A DNA stretch of 64,000 nt from an uncultured Flavobacteriaceae bacterium (GCA_913045325.1 CAJWPZ010000006.1:1660-65659), one strand, 5' to 3'; shown: positions 1 to 10,998, numbered from the stretch's first letter. Numbers and translations are program-made. The notes: generated by a model from the sequence alone, not told the origin.

Positions 1-1073
1 AAATTTAACAGCGACCTGTCAATAGTTTCTGCAAGTCTTTTTGGGGCTATATAAGGTGTTTCTAAATGACGTACAACCTCTTGTAATGTTTCACTTGGAG
101 ATATTTCGCCATCCATAACACGCAGGGCTTTGTGTTGCCCAACATCATCTAAGAAGTCTGAACATTTTCTATGATATTCTATTAAAACAAAGGGGACATT
201 GGCATAACAGGCAAAAATACTAGCATGTAATCTTGTCGAAATCATAAAATCACACCTAGATATTTCATCCCAAGTACTCTTAATATTCGGTGTGTATGGG
301 TAAATGCTATACCTTTTTGGATCTACTGCTGCTAGCAACTCATTTGTAGGGTCGGTGTCTCCAAAAGATTCATTTCCGTTAATTATAAATACTTTTAAAG
401 TGTAGTTTGTTTGTTTTATCAAAAGATCAATAAGCTGTTTGAAATAACTATTTCTTTTGGTCTGTTTTAATAAATCGCCTCCCGTATACTGCTCATGATT
501 ACAAATGCTAATACCAATTGTTTTAGCGGTAGTTTTCACGCTTTTATCTATAGGAGTATAGTTATACATCATTGGCATAAGCGCCGCCAAATCGAAAGAG
601 TTTACTACGTTTGCTGTAAGATCCAGGGAGGAAACATAATCATATGATCGTTGGTCTCTTAAGGAAATAAAAGCGAGTTGTTTTAAATATTTTTGGACCT
701 GTTTTTCCTCTTTTATAGATTTGAACGGCCCAACCGAAACTCCCATAGCACCAAGTTTGAGTTTGTTGTTATATTTAGAAATAATTCGGGCAAGAGCCTT
801 ATTGCTATGAAAAGGAAGTTTACTGAAGGTAGAGCCTCCAGCCGAAATCATATAATCGGAGTTTTGTAACTCTTGGAAAAAAGAAACCCTGTCTAACCCT
901 TTACCTTTAGATGATTTTGCCTTAATAGCGTGAACAGTTTTAGGTAGTTGTGCTCCAATGAAAACGTTGTTTTTACAAGACCAGAATTTTTGTGCGCCCC
1001 AAGAAGAAATCTCCACAAATGCATCATCTCCTGCATTTTTAAATCCGTAAAACCCTTCGTAAGTGATTTTCAT
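1..1073 (-). CDS. Polysaccharide pyruvyl transferase family protein (CsaB/WcaK-like); 3' end runs off the window
   Basis: Not in the ORF track. Hand translation from ATG at 1073 gives MKITYEGFYGFKNAGDDAF (GxYGxxNxGD motif) and later ISTRLHASIFA (xRLH motif). The frame is still open at position 1. Confidence 0.85.
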   Translation of the reverse strand, partial: MKITYEGFYGFKNAGDDAFVEISSWGAQKFWSCKNNVFIGAQLPKTVHAIKAKSSKGKGLDRVSFFQELQNSDYMISAGGSTFSKLPFHSNKALARIISKYNNKLKLGAMGVSVGPFKSIKEEKQVQKYLKQLAFISLRDQRSYDYVSSLDLTANVVNSFDLAALMPMMYNYTPIDKSVKTTAKTIGISICNHEQYTGGDLLKQTKRNSYFKQLIDLLIKQTNYTLKVFIINGNESFGDTDPTNELLAAVDPKRYSIYPYTPNIKSTWDEISRCDFMISTRLHASIFACYANVPFVLIEYHRKCSDFLDDVGQHKALRVMDGEISPSETLQEVVRHLETPYIAPKRLAETIDRSLLN

Positions 1074-1215
1074 ACCCGTAATTTATGGTAAAGAAAAGAA
1101 TTTAGAACCATAAAAATCACTTCTTTCCAATTATTTATTTGTTTTCAAGTGAGTAAAATGATAATGAATCAAATTGGTATATTTACAAAACAAAAAGCTG
1201 TAAAAGATTAAATAA

Positions 1216-2019
1216 ATGAGCCAAGTAATAAGTGTCATAATACCGGTTTACAACTCACAGGATACTATTGAGCTTGCCTTAAAATCTGTCTTGGCACAAA
1301 CTCAAGGCCGCTTTGAAATAATCCTAATTAATGATGGTTCTACAGACGCAACTAAAGCTATTATTGAATCATTTGTTATACACAATAAAGCACATAAAAT
1401 CTTAGTTTATAATAGAGAGAATTTTGGTGTGTCTATCAGCAGAAATTTTGGTTTAAAAAAAGCAAGTGGCTCACTAATTGCATTTTTAGACAGCGATGAT
1501 GCTTGGCATCCAGAAAAAATAGCAAAGCAGTTAGAAATTTTAAGTGCCGATGCCTCTATCGATCTTTTAGGCACCAATAGAGATGGACAAGAGTTTAAAC
1601 GGTTTTTTAGTTTTAAAATCAGTGAGCTAATGAAAATTTCTCCAAAACTATTATTATATAAAAACTTTTTCATGACCTCTTCTCTAATTTTTAAGAAAAG
1701 CATTATAGATAAGGTGGGGTATTTTAATGAACACATGAACCACTCAGAAGACTGGGAATATTGTATTAGAATTGCACAGCACTTTAATGTTCATTTGTAT
1801 AATAAAAGCATGGTGCAATCAATTTCAGGAAAGGCAATGTTTGGTGAATCTGGATTGAGTGCAAATTTAGTAAAGATGCAATATGGAGAGTTGTCAAACC
1901 TAAGACTTGGTTATAGATTAGGGGTTGTATCGTTTTTTGAGTATTTATTTTTAAACCTATACTCTATCATAAAATTTGTAAGAAGAGTATTAATTAGCAT
2001 TTTAAGAAAACTATCGTAA
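1216..2019 (+). CDS. Glycosyltransferase family 2
   Basis: SVIIPVYN, INDGSTD, SRNFG, FLDSDD and EDWE GT-A motifs. Confidence 0.95.
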   Translation: MSQVISVIIPVYNSQDTIELALKSVLAQTQGRFEIILINDGSTDATKAIIESFVIHNKAHKILVYNRENFGVSISRNFGLKKASGSLIAFLDSDDAWHPEKIAKQLEILSADASIDLLGTNRDGQEFKRFFSFKISELMKISPKLLLYKNFFMTSSLIFKKSIIDKVGYFNEHMNHSEDWEYCIRIAQHFNVHLYNKSMVQSISGKAMFGESGLSANLVKMQYGELSNLRLGYRLGVVSFFEYLFLNLYSIIKFVRRVLISILRKLS

Positions 2020-3224
2020 TGAACATTAAGCTAGCCTCTATATATCATTACCTGTTTTTAATATTGTGCTTTGTAATTCCATTTCAAAAAATATCATCTG
2101 CATTACCTAACATTATTTTAATTGGATTGGTTGTATTGTTCCCTTTTGTCGTGCTTAAACAACACATTAAAAGATTAAAAACCCCTGAAGTATATGTATA
2201 TGTTGCCTTGTTTTTATTTCTAGTGATCAACATGCTTATTTTTCAAGATATTGGTAAGGAAATAAATATTATTAAAAAAATAGCCACCCCAATAATCATT
2301 CTATTACTGTATGCGCCAATTACAAATGTTACCAATATAAAAAAGACCCTTATTCTATCTTGTTTTACGGCAATTGTAATTAGCACCGTACGCATTGCTT
2401 TATTTTATTTTTCTGAAACTTCATTCAGTTTTTCAAATGGTGCACTTGTAGATGAGCTATTGATAATAGATAGATTATATCTAGGTTTTATGTGCATTAT
2501 TAGCATTGTGGCTTCTGTAAGTCTAATTGAGGCCCGTGTGGTTAAATATAGATTGCTGCTGGTTATTAATATTTCTGTCTCCATATTTTTTATTCTATTA
2601 GCCTCAAGTAGGATCGCTGTTTTGTTGTTACTACTGCTTTTTTTGTTGAAGATTTTATATGCTAAAAAAAAGGTGTTGTATGGTTTAATTTTTATAGGCC
2701 TTATGACAGTAACGGCGAGTGCTTTTGTTGTAAATAAAAATCTTGGGGAACGCTTTTTTTACACACAAAGCAAAGCAAGTGGGAAAAGTTATTTTGAGCT
2801 ACTAAAAAGCTGGGAGGCTAGAGTTGTTATTTGGGATTGTGGTGTTAATATCCTGTCTAGCCAAACCCCTATTTTAATTGGGAACGGGTTTTATGGCACC
2901 AAAGACAAGTTGTTAGAGTGCTATAAAACAACTATAGATAGAAAAGAAAAAAGAGACTATTTTGTAAGCAAGGGTTTTAACCCTCACAATACATTTTTAG
3001 ACTTCTTGCTTAGTTATGGAATTATTGCTTTTTCTCTTTTTGTAATACTTATGGGACTATTTTTTAAAAGGGTTCGTTTTTCCTACACCCAAACCGCTTT
3101 ATTTGTCTCTCTGCTTTGTTTTTCATTGATTGAAAGTTACTTTCAAAGACAGCTTGGAGGTTATTATTTTGGTTTTATATTTATCCTTTTGCTTTTTAAG
3201 GAGTATCTTCCTAAAAACAAATAG
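2019..3224 (+). CDS. O-antigen ligase/Wzy polymerase-like membrane protein (paralog 1)
   Basis: About 12 hydrophobic segments, SSR motif, periplasmic loop R..IW...G.G and PHNTFL...GI (Wzy_C-like). Start overlaps the GT2 stop. Confidence 0.8.
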   Translation: MNIKLASIYHYLFLILCFVIPFQKISSALPNIILIGLVVLFPFVVLKQHIKRLKTPEVYVYVALFLFLVINMLIFQDIGKEINIIKKIATPIIILLLYAPITNVTNIKKTLILSCFTAIVISTVRIALFYFSETSFSFSNGALVDELLIIDRLYLGFMCIISIVASVSLIEARVVKYRLLLVINISVSIFFILLASSRIAVLLLLLLFLLKILYAKKKVLYGLIFIGLMTVTASAFVVNKNLGERFFYTQSKASGKSYFELLKSWEARVVIWDCGVNILSSQTPILIGNGFYGTKDKLLECYKTTIDRKEKRDYFVSKGFNPHNTFLDFLLSYGIIAFSLFVILMGLFFKRVRFSYTQTALFVSLLCFSLIESYFQRQLGGYYFGFIFILLLFKEYLPKNK

Positions 3225-3292
3225 AAGGCATTGTTTTAGGGTTTAAAAACAATAGAAATAATATACATTAATAAAAAATTTGACCTCTAGGT

Positions 3293-4426
3293 ATGGTTAC
3301 AAAAACTAAAATCTTATTTATACTTCATGCCGTTGGAGGTGTTGGTGTGTGGCTTAGAATTATTCTGCCTCAACTTAACCCAGAGCTCTTTGATTTTGTT
3401 GTCATTCACGGAAAAACAGATACAGATACTGCATTTACAGACAAAAATGGTAATCTCGTTAAAACCTACACCACTACCATAGACAGAAACATAAACATTT
3501 CTAAAGATTACAAGGCCATTAAAGATTGTGTGGCGTTTATAGATAAAGAAAATCCAGATGTTATTCATTGCCATAGCTCAAAGGCAGGTGTGATTGGAAA
3601 AATAGCTGGAGCCATTAAAAAAAAGCCAGTTTTTTACACTCCACATGCGTATTCTTTTTTAAATAGTGAAAGTGTTTTAAAGCAAAAAATATATCTCGGT
3701 ATAGAGCAATTACTCTCTAAATTTAACAACAAAGTATTGGCGTGTTCTGTGTCAGAAAAAAATAGAGCCATCAAAGAGGTAGGGCATAAAAAAAACAAGG
3801 TGCTTGTGTTTGAAAATGGCATTAAACCCATACCGAAAACAACACCTTTAAGCATCAACAAAACTTGGCCAGACAGATATATCTGTTCTGTTGCTAGACC
3901 CTCTTTTCAAAAAAATGTAGAACTCACCATAGAGGTTATGCGCCAAGTCCAAGAAAAAATTCCAGCCATTCATATTGTTATCATGGGGGTTGGATTCCAT
4001 TCTCCTAATCTTGAAAAGGTTACAACTCTTATTAAATTATATGGCCTTGAAGAAAATGTAACACTTTTGCCCTGGACTGAGCGTGAAGATGTTTTTCATA
4101 TCATTAACAAGGCATCCCTCTATATATCCACGGCAAGATACGAGGGCTTGCCCTATGCTGTGATTGAGGCAATGGCTCTAAAAAAATCTTTTGTTGTTAC
4201 AGATGCAGACGGAAACAGAGATTTAATTGAAGATGGAGAAAATGGATACCTTGTAAAAGATGAAAACAGTACAGCTTTTGCCACAAAAATAATAGCACTT
4301 ATCCAACACAATGACAAAAGGGTTTTATTCGAAAATAAATCAATAGAAAAATTTAACGCTAGGTTTAATATTGAAAATACAATTCCCCTTTTAGAACAAA
4401 TATATTTGAAGGAAGCATTAAATTAA
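3293..4426 (+). CDS. Glycosyltransferase family 4 (GT-B)
   Basis: PDVIHCHSSKAG, YTPHA, QKNV and RYEGLPYAVIEAMA motifs. Confidence 0.95.
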   Translation: MVTKTKILFILHAVGGVGVWLRIILPQLNPELFDFVVIHGKTDTDTAFTDKNGNLVKTYTTTIDRNINISKDYKAIKDCVAFIDKENPDVIHCHSSKAGVIGKIAGAIKKKPVFYTPHAYSFLNSESVLKQKIYLGIEQLLSKFNNKVLACSVSEKNRAIKEVGHKKNKVLVFENGIKPIPKTTPLSINKTWPDRYICSVARPSFQKNVELTIEVMRQVQEKIPAIHIVIMGVGFHSPNLEKVTTLIKLYGLEENVTLLPWTEREDVFHIINKASLYISTARYEGLPYAVIEAMALKKSFVVTDADGNRDLIEDGENGYLVKDENSTAFATKIIALIQHNDKRVLFENKSIEKFNARFNIENTIPLLEQIYLKEALN

Positions 4427-4484
4427 ATTAGAATCAAAATAGTATCTTTACTCTAGAAACAAAAAAGTTAAAACAGCAATAGTT

Positions 4485-5708
4485 ATGAGAATTTTACTTG
4501 CTTCCATATACCCTTTTGCGTTTATGCTATTATTTGTCATCATTCCCTTTGATGATTATATCCGTGCATTGCCTAACATTTTACTAATTGTGCTTACCAT
4601 TTCTTTTCCTGCAATCATTAAAAGAGAGCATTTTCAAAAAATCAAAAAGGTTCCCTTGTTTTTACTCTTGCTTTTCTTTGGATATATTATAACAAATAGC
4701 CTTATTTCTGGTAGGTTTGACACAGATCTTAGCATCCTAAAAAAAATAGCCATCGCTATTGGGCTTGTTATTTTATACCTCCCGATCCAGTATGATAGGA
4801 AGGTTCAAAAGGCTGTTATTTTCTCTTCCATTGCGGCCATTGTTTTCTCTATTGTTAGTATTGTATACAGTGCAAACACTAATGTAAACTTTGAATTTGG
4901 AGATAGCCGCATGATGATTGAGGCATTGCTTGTAGATAGGTTATACCTGGGGCTTATAAGTGTGCTTAGTATTTTATTTTGCTACCGCTCTATGCGTAAA
5001 ACATACCATCCTCATAACGCCTATTATTTGGGTGCTATTGCTATAAATGTGCTTTTTATTGTATTGGTGGTGTCAAAAATTGCAGGTATTGTACTGTTTT
5101 GTTTGCTGTTAATTCGTCAAGCATATGGAAGTAAAAAAAGCATGCGTATTGCTATTGCTACAGCATTTTTAGGGGCCTTAGTGGCGGGCTTGTTTTTTCT
5201 AAAGTCTCAGCAACAGACAAACGCAGGTCCTGTTTCTTTTTCAACTTTTTTAAATAACAACTTTGGAGCCTCAAACACCTCTCAAACTAGACTCATAACC
5301 TGGAGGTGCAGTATGGATGTGTTACAAAACAGTTCCATAGGTCTCACAGGAATTGGTTTTAAAGCCACCAAAGACAAGCTAGTGGAGTGTTACCAAACTG
5401 CAATAAAGAGCCCAGAAAAAAAAGAAGTGTTTACCTCACAAAGGTATAACAGTCATAATCAGTTTTTAGATATTCTACTTAGTACTGGGTTTGTGGGGCT
5501 GTTTTTAATGTGCTTATTTTTAATTTGGAGCTTTATGAAAAATAGAGCGTACTTTTTTCAAACCGCTATTTTATGCACCTTTATAGCCTATGGCCTGGTA
5601 GAAAACATATTTCATCGTCAAATTGGAGCCTATTATGTGGGGCTTATGCTAATTATTGTGTTGGCAAACAGCTCCTACAAACAAATCGATGCGCCAAAAG
5701 AGGTCTAA
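4485..5708 (+). CDS. O-antigen ligase/Wzy polymerase-like membrane protein (paralog 2)
   Basis: Multi-TM protein with SHNQFLD...G; shares several blocks with 2019..3224. Confidence 0.8.
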   Translation: MRILLASIYPFAFMLLFVIIPFDDYIRALPNILLIVLTISFPAIIKREHFQKIKKVPLFLLLLFFGYIITNSLISGRFDTDLSILKKIAIAIGLVILYLPIQYDRKVQKAVIFSSIAAIVFSIVSIVYSANTNVNFEFGDSRMMIEALLVDRLYLGLISVLSILFCYRSMRKTYHPHNAYYLGAIAINVLFIVLVVSKIAGIVLFCLLLIRQAYGSKKSMRIAIATAFLGALVAGLFFLKSQQQTNAGPVSFSTFLNNNFGASNTSQTRLITWRCSMDVLQNSSIGLTGIGFKATKDKLVECYQTAIKSPEKKEVFTSQRYNSHNQFLDILLSTGFVGLFLMCLFLIWSFMKNRAYFFQTAILCTFIAYGLVENIFHRQIGAYYVGLMLIIVLANSSYKQIDAPKEV

Positions 5709-5723
5709 AAACCTAGTAAAGTG

Positions 5724-5731
5724 TATTTTTG
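5724..5731 (+). promoter_or_regulatory. Bacteroidota -7 promoter element TATTTTTG upstream of the UXS-WcaJ pair
   Basis: Exact TAnnTTTG match in the intergenic region. Confidence 0.6.
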
Positions 5732-5801
5732 CAATACATTGAGAGGGCTAAAATATCGAAAAAATAACAGTACATTCTGCAAGTTGTAGAATAACATACA
5801 T

Positions 5802-6791
5802 ATGAAAAAAACAGTTTTAATTACAGGTGCAGCAGGTTTCTTAGGGTCACACCTTTGTGATAAATTCATCAAAGAGGGCTACAGGGTCATTGCCATGGAT
5901 AATCTTATCACTGGAGACAAACGTAATATAGAGCATCTGTTCAAATTAGAAGATTTTGATTTCTACCACCATGATGTTACAAAATTTGTACATGTTGCTG
6001 GAGAGGTAGATTATATTCTACATTTTGCATCTCCTGCAAGCCCCATTGATTATTTAAAAATCCCAATACAAACCCTTAAAGTAGGATCACTGGGTACTCA
6101 TAATTTACTTGGTCTTGCCAAGGATAAAAATGCGCGCTTTATGATTGCATCCACCTCTGAGGTGTATGGAGATCCTTTGGTGCATCCTCAAAAGGAAACA
6201 TACTACGGAAATGTAAACACCATTGGCCCACGTGGGGTATATGATGAGGCAAAACGTTTTCAAGAATCAATCACCATGGCCTACCATCGTTTTCATGGTA
6301 TGGAAACCCGTATTGCAAGAATATTTAACACCTACGGCCCTAGAATGAGACTTAACGATGGGCGTGTTATTCCAGCTTTTATAGGTCAAGCGCTTCGGGG
6401 AGAAGATTTAACAGTGTTTGGGGATGGTATGCAAACCAGAAGTTTTTGTTATGTAGATGATCAAGTAGATGGGCTCTACAAACTGCTTTTAAGTGATTAC
6501 AGCGATCCTGTAAACATTGGTAATCCACAAGAAATAACCATACTAGATTTTGCCAAGGAGATTATTAAATTAACCGGTACCCAGCAAAAAATAGTGTATA
6601 AAGAATTACCCAAAGATGATCCGCTACAGCGCGAACCAGATATCACACTGGCCAAAGAACTTTTGGGCTGGGAACCAAAAATGTCTAGAGAGCAGGGTAT
6701 GAAAATAACCTTTGAGTATTTTAAAGGCTTGACAAAACAAGAGCTCTTTAAAAGTGAGCACAAAGATTTTTCAAAACACATAAGGTCTTAA
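5802..6791 (+). CDS. UDP-glucuronic acid decarboxylase (UDP-xylose synthase), extended SDR
   Basis: [31 protein letters not shown] and [10 protein letters not shown] motifs. Confidence 0.92.
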   Translation: MKKTVLITGAAGFLGSHLCDKFIKEGYRVIAMDNLITGDKRNIEHLFKLEDFDFYHHDVTKFVHVAGEVDYILHFASPASPIDYLKIPIQTLKVGSLGTHNLLGLAKDKNARFMIASTSEVYGDPLVHPQKETYYGNVNTIGPRGVYDEAKRFQESITMAYHRFHGMETRIARIFNTYGPRMRLNDGRVIPAFIGQALRGEDLTVFGDGMQTRSFCYVDDQVDGLYKLLLSDYSDPVNIGNPQEITILDFAKEIIKLTGTQQKIVYKELPKDDPLQREPDITLAKELLGWEPKMSREQGMKITFEYFKGLTKQELFKSEHKDFSKHIRS

Positions 6792-6796
6792 GGTAT

Positions 6797-8152
6797 ATGA
6801 TTTTTAAAAGAGGTAGATATTCAGGGTTTTTAAGGCCCATATCCTATGGTATTGATTTACTTGTAATTCATGGCCTTGCCTTTTTATTATTTGAAGAAAG
6901 TTCTGCCTTCACTAATTATGTATTTTACATGTCTATTGCCTGGATAAGCAGTTCAATAGCCATACGGTTTTATGAGATATATCGGTTTACCAGGTTTAGT
7001 AATATTTTGTCTGTGGCCATCAAACAAGCCCTGGTTTTTTTACTACTAGTATTTGCATTTTTTGGTTTCTACTCAGAGCTGCAAGAGCCTACTAGTGCTG
7101 TTTTAAAATATATAGGGGTAGTAATGGCGGCGGTGTTTTTAATCAAGATTTCTATTTATTATTTGCTCAAAAAATACAGGCGTTTACTTGGTGGAAATAT
7201 TAGAAGAGTGGTTATTCTTGGAGCTAATGATAAAACAAAAGAGCTGGAAAACTTCTTTACTCAAAATGCTGAATATGGATACGCTCTTGTAAAAAGGTAT
7301 GATGTACAGCACGATAAAGAACAACTCCTTGAAGCAATTTTCAAAGAAATATCTGACAGTAATGTAGATGAGATATACGCATCTGTCAACGCCCTTAGCG
7401 ATGGGTGTATGGCAAAAGTAATTGCTTTTGCAGACAATAATTTAAAGGTTTTAAAATTTCTGCCAGACAACAAAGAGATTTTTGGCAAGAAACTTGACTT
7501 TTCCTACTATGGGTACTTGCCTATTTTATCGCTAAGAAAAATACCAACAGATGAGCCTTTTAACAAATTTATAAAACGAGCTTTTGACATCTTTTTATCT
7601 TTATTTGTTATTGTTTTTATTGTCTCATGGTTAACTCCCATACTCGGTATTTTCATTAAATTAGAATCTAAAGGGCCTGTTTTTTTCAAGCAAAAAAGAA
7701 ACGGTCTAGACTACAAAGAGTTTTACTGTTATAAATTTAGGTCTATGACACCAAGTTTAACCGCAGATTTATACCAAGCAACCAAAGGAGACACTAGGGT
7801 TACAAAAGTGGGGCGTTTAATTCGTAAAACCAGCATGGACGAATTGCCTCAATTTATAAACGTACTCAAGGGAGATATGTCTGTGGTGGGGCCAAGACCT
7901 CATATGGTAAGTCATACCCATATGTATGCAGAGAAAATAGATAAGTTTATGGTGCGTCACTTTGTAAAGCCTGGCATTACTGGTTTGGCGCAAGTGAGCG
8001 GGTATAGAGGAGAGGTTGAGACAGACTCAGATATTATAAACAGAGTAAAGTGCGATATCTTTTATCTAGAAAACTGGTCTATTATTTTGGATCTTAAAAT
8101 TGTCTTTAAGACCGTTTATAACGCCATTAAAGGAGAAGATAAGGCCTACTAA
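6797..8152 (+). CDS. wcaJ: Undecaprenyl-phosphate glucose phosphotransferase (WcaJ-type priming transferase)
   Basis: N-terminal TMs, CoA-binding-like domain, then KRAFD, KFRSM, DELPQFINVLKGDMSVVGPRP and KPGITGLAQV. Confidence 0.9.
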   Translation: MIFKRGRYSGFLRPISYGIDLLVIHGLAFLLFEESSAFTNYVFYMSIAWISSSIAIRFYEIYRFTRFSNILSVAIKQALVFLLLVFAFFGFYSELQEPTSAVLKYIGVVMAAVFLIKISIYYLLKKYRRLLGGNIRRVVILGANDKTKELENFFTQNAEYGYALVKRYDVQHDKEQLLEAIFKEISDSNVDEIYASVNALSDGCMAKVIAFADNNLKVLKFLPDNKEIFGKKLDFSYYGYLPILSLRKIPTDEPFNKFIKRAFDIFLSLFVIVFIVSWLTPILGIFIKLESKGPVFFKQKRNGLDYKEFYCYKFRSMTPSLTADLYQATKGDTRVTKVGRLIRKTSMDELPQFINVLKGDMSVVGPRPHMVSHTHMYAEKIDKFMVRHFVKPGITGLAQVSGYRGEVETDSDIINRVKCDIFYLENWSIILDLKIVFKTVYNAIKGEDKAY

Positions 8153-8235
8153 ATTCACTTTATATAATATTGCTTTGGTTTAAAACACCTGGCAACATCT
8201 GTTTGCAAACGGCTAATAATTACTATCTTTAACCT

Positions 8236-8592
8236 ATGGAGAAATCATGTCCAGAGTGTGGTGGTAAAATTATGGGGCGCGCAGATAAAAAATTCTGTAG
8301 TGATGGCTGCCGTAACTCTCACAACAACACCTTAAATAAAGACAGTAGCAACCTAGTTAGAAATATTAACAACCGGTTGCGCAAAAATTACCGCACATTA
8401 AAAACCTTGAACAGTAAAGACAAGACCAAGGTAAAGAGAGAAACACTTGTAAAACACCAATTTAACTTTAAGTACTATACGTCTGAGTACATAACAAAAA
8501 CAGGGTCTGTTTATCGTTATGTGTATAACCAGGGATATTTAGAGCTTGAAAATGACTGGTTTTTACTTGTAAAGGATGAAAGCGCTATGTAA
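8236..8592 (+). CDS. Conserved hypothetical protein with N-terminal zinc ribbon
   Basis: CPECG...GRADKKFCSDGCR four-Cys motif typical of a Bacteroidota family. Confidence 0.75.
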   Translation: MEKSCPECGGKIMGRADKKFCSDGCRNSHNNTLNKDSSNLVRNINNRLRKNYRTLKTLNSKDKTKVKRETLVKHQFNFKYYTSEYITKTGSVYRYVYNQGYLELENDWFLLVKDESAM

Positions 8593-8640
8593 ACAGCATC
8601 TTTGGTTGTTTTTTACTTTAATTTTTAAACACTCTATACC

Positions 8641-10959
8641 ATGAAATACATTAGTGGGGTTGCCTCGTTTGTTATGATACTCTTTTTGGTTTGGTTAAGC
8701 TTCGATAGCTTGTTGCCTTCTAAGGCAACTATAGCAACAGCTCCACTTACAGAGTTCTCTGCACAGCGCGCACTAGTGCCACTTGTGCAAATTGCAAAGG
8801 CGCCACATTACCACGGCACCGATGAGCACACCCGTGTTCGTGGTTTTATTGTCTCTGAACTAGAAAAACTAGGTCTGGAAACACAGCTGCAAGAAGCCTT
8901 TGTTTTAAGTAATAATAATAAAAGACTAGTTAGACCAAAAAATATTGTTGCTAGGTTAAAGGGTACAGAATCAGGAAAATCTCTGGTGCTATTATCTCAT
9001 TATGATAGCGCACTGGTGCCCTCTTTTGGAGCGAGTGATGCAGGAAGCGGTGTGGTAACTATCCTAGAGAGTTTACGCGCCTATAATGCCAGTGGTAAAA
9101 AACCTATCAATGATATTATTGTTGTTTTTACAGATGCAGAAGAAATTGGTTTGGTTGGAGCATCACTGTTTGTAGAAAAACATCCTTGGGCAAAAAACGT
9201 TGGCCTTGTGCTTAACTTCGAAGCCAGAGGTAGTGGTGGGCCAAGCAACATGATTGTAGAAACCAATGGCGGAAACACCAATCTTATTAAAGCCTTTGCG
9301 GCAGCAGATGTTTGCTATCCTGTAGCATCATCATTAATGTATAGTGTGTATAAAATGCTTCCAAATGACACCGATTCTACCGTTTTTAGAGAAGACGGTG
9401 ACATAGAAAGTATGTTTTTTGCCTTTATCGATGATCACTATGACTACCACACTGCCAACGATACAGTAGAAAATCTAGATATAGAAACCTTGCAACATCA
9501 AGGAAGTTATCTGCTTCCTTTGCTACACTATTTTGCAGAATCAGACCTAAGCAGCCTTAAGGCAGAGCAGGATTCGGTATATGTAAATATGCCTATAGTA
9601 ACATTTATTTACTATCCATTTTCATGGATTTTGCCAATGCTTTGTCTTGCCTTTATTTTATTTTTTGTGGTATTAGGGTACGGATTCTCTAAACACAAGC
9701 TAGATCTGGGTGGTGTATTAAAGGGGTTTGCCCCACTGCTGCTATGTCTTACAGTTTGTATAATTATTGGAATTTTTGGTTGGAAATTACTCACCAACAT
9801 ATACCCACAATACCAAGAAGTGCAGCATGGTTTTAAGTATAATGGCCATGCATATATTGGGTTTTTTGTGGCCCTTTGTTTGGCTATTTTATTTAGGGTA
9901 TACAGCTATTTTGGAAAACGCAGTAGTGTTGTAAATCTAGTAGCGGCGCCACTTTTTTTATGGCTAGTAGTTAATGTGCTTGTATGTGTATTTTTAAAGG
10001 GTGCGGGCTTTTTTATAATCCCTGTATTTTTTGGGCTCCTTAGTTGGTTTTTACTTTTGAGATTTCAAACCCCACGTTTAATTGGCATGGCGCTACTAGC
10101 GGCTCCCGGGGTGTTTTTATTTGCGCCACTTATACAGTTTTTCCCAGTTGGATTGGGATCAGATCATATAGTTATTAGTTGTGTGTTTACTGTATTATTG
10201 TTTGGATTATTACTTCCTGTTTTTGGGTTTTTTAAGCTTAAAAAAGTGCTGTCTTACGTATTTTTAGTCTTGGCATTGGTGTTTTTTATAGTAGCGCATT
10301 CCCAAAGCTCTTTTTCTGAAATACGCCAAAAACCAAATAGTTTATCTTACTATAACAATCTTGACACCAAAGAGGCCTATTGGGTTTCCTATGATAAGAT
10401 GTTGGACCCTTGGACAAAACACTATTTGGGGGAAGATCCAAAACCAGCATCAGCGTATATTGAAAGTGCGGCAGGAAGCAAATACAACACAAGCTACAGC
10501 TTTGCTACAAAGGCTCCTGTGGTGGCTATTCCAGAATTTAAACTAACTATTAACTACGATAGCCTCTATGGCGGTATGCGAGGGGTTAGCTTTACTATAA
10601 TACCCCAAAGAGATGCCCATCAAATACGCCTATACACAGACAAAGAAGTTGTTTTTTCATCTCTGCAATTTAACGGGGTGAGCATTTCAATGAATGATCC
10701 ATTAAAACAAGGCACTTTAAACAGACCCACCGATGAATTATTACGATACTACATTGCAGACTCAGACTCGCTGCAGGTGTCATACACCTTGCCAGAGAGT
10801 GAGCCTTCACCAATTTTTAAAGTGCTTGAATACGGTTTTGATTTAGTGAGCAATCCCCTGCTTAATGTGATGCCAAGAGCAAAAAACATGATGCCAAAGC
10901 CCTTTATAAATACAGATGCTGTGATTAACAAAAGGACTTTTAGCATACAAAAGGAGTAA
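8641..10959 (+). CDS. Membrane-bound M28 family metallopeptidase (ERMP1/Pff1-like architecture)
   Basis: SHYDS, GASDAGSG, DAEEIGL, NFEARG and YHT metal ligands, followed by about 8 TMs and a C-terminal soluble domain. Confidence 0.9.
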   Translation: MKYISGVASFVMILFLVWLSFDSLLPSKATIATAPLTEFSAQRALVPLVQIAKAPHYHGTDEHTRVRGFIVSELEKLGLETQLQEAFVLSNNNKRLVRPKNIVARLKGTESGKSLVLLSHYDSALVPSFGASDAGSGVVTILESLRAYNASGKKPINDIIVVFTDAEEIGLVGASLFVEKHPWAKNVGLVLNFEARGSGGPSNMIVETNGGNTNLIKAFAAADVCYPVASSLMYSVYKMLPNDTDSTVFREDGDIESMFFAFIDDHYDYHTANDTVENLDIETLQHQGSYLLPLLHYFAESDLSSLKAEQDSVYVNMPIVTFIYYPFSWILPMLCLAFILFFVVLGYGFSKHKLDLGGVLKGFAPLLLCLTVCIIIGIFGWKLLTNIYPQYQEVQHGFKYNGHAYIGFFVALCLAILFRVYSYFGKRSSVVNLVAAPLFLWLVVNVLVCVFLKGAGFFIIPVFFGLLSWFLLLRFQTPRLIGMALLAAPGVFLFAPLIQFFPVGLGSDHIVISCVFTVLLFGLLLPVFGFFKLKKVLSYVFLVLALVFFIVAHSQSSFSEIRQKPNSLSYYNNLDTKEAYWVSYDKMLDPWTKHYLGEDPKPASAYIESAAGSKYNTSYSFATKAPVVAIPEFKLTINYDSLYGGMRGVSFTIIPQRDAHQIRLYTDKEVVFSSLQFNGVSISMNDPLKQGTLNRPTDELLRYYIADSDSLQVSYTLPESEPSPIFKVLEYGFDLVSNPLLNVMPRAKNMMPKPFINTDAVINKRTFSIQKE

Positions 10960-10998
10960 AACGCACAAGAAACATTACAATAATTTTAAATTTTCAGC

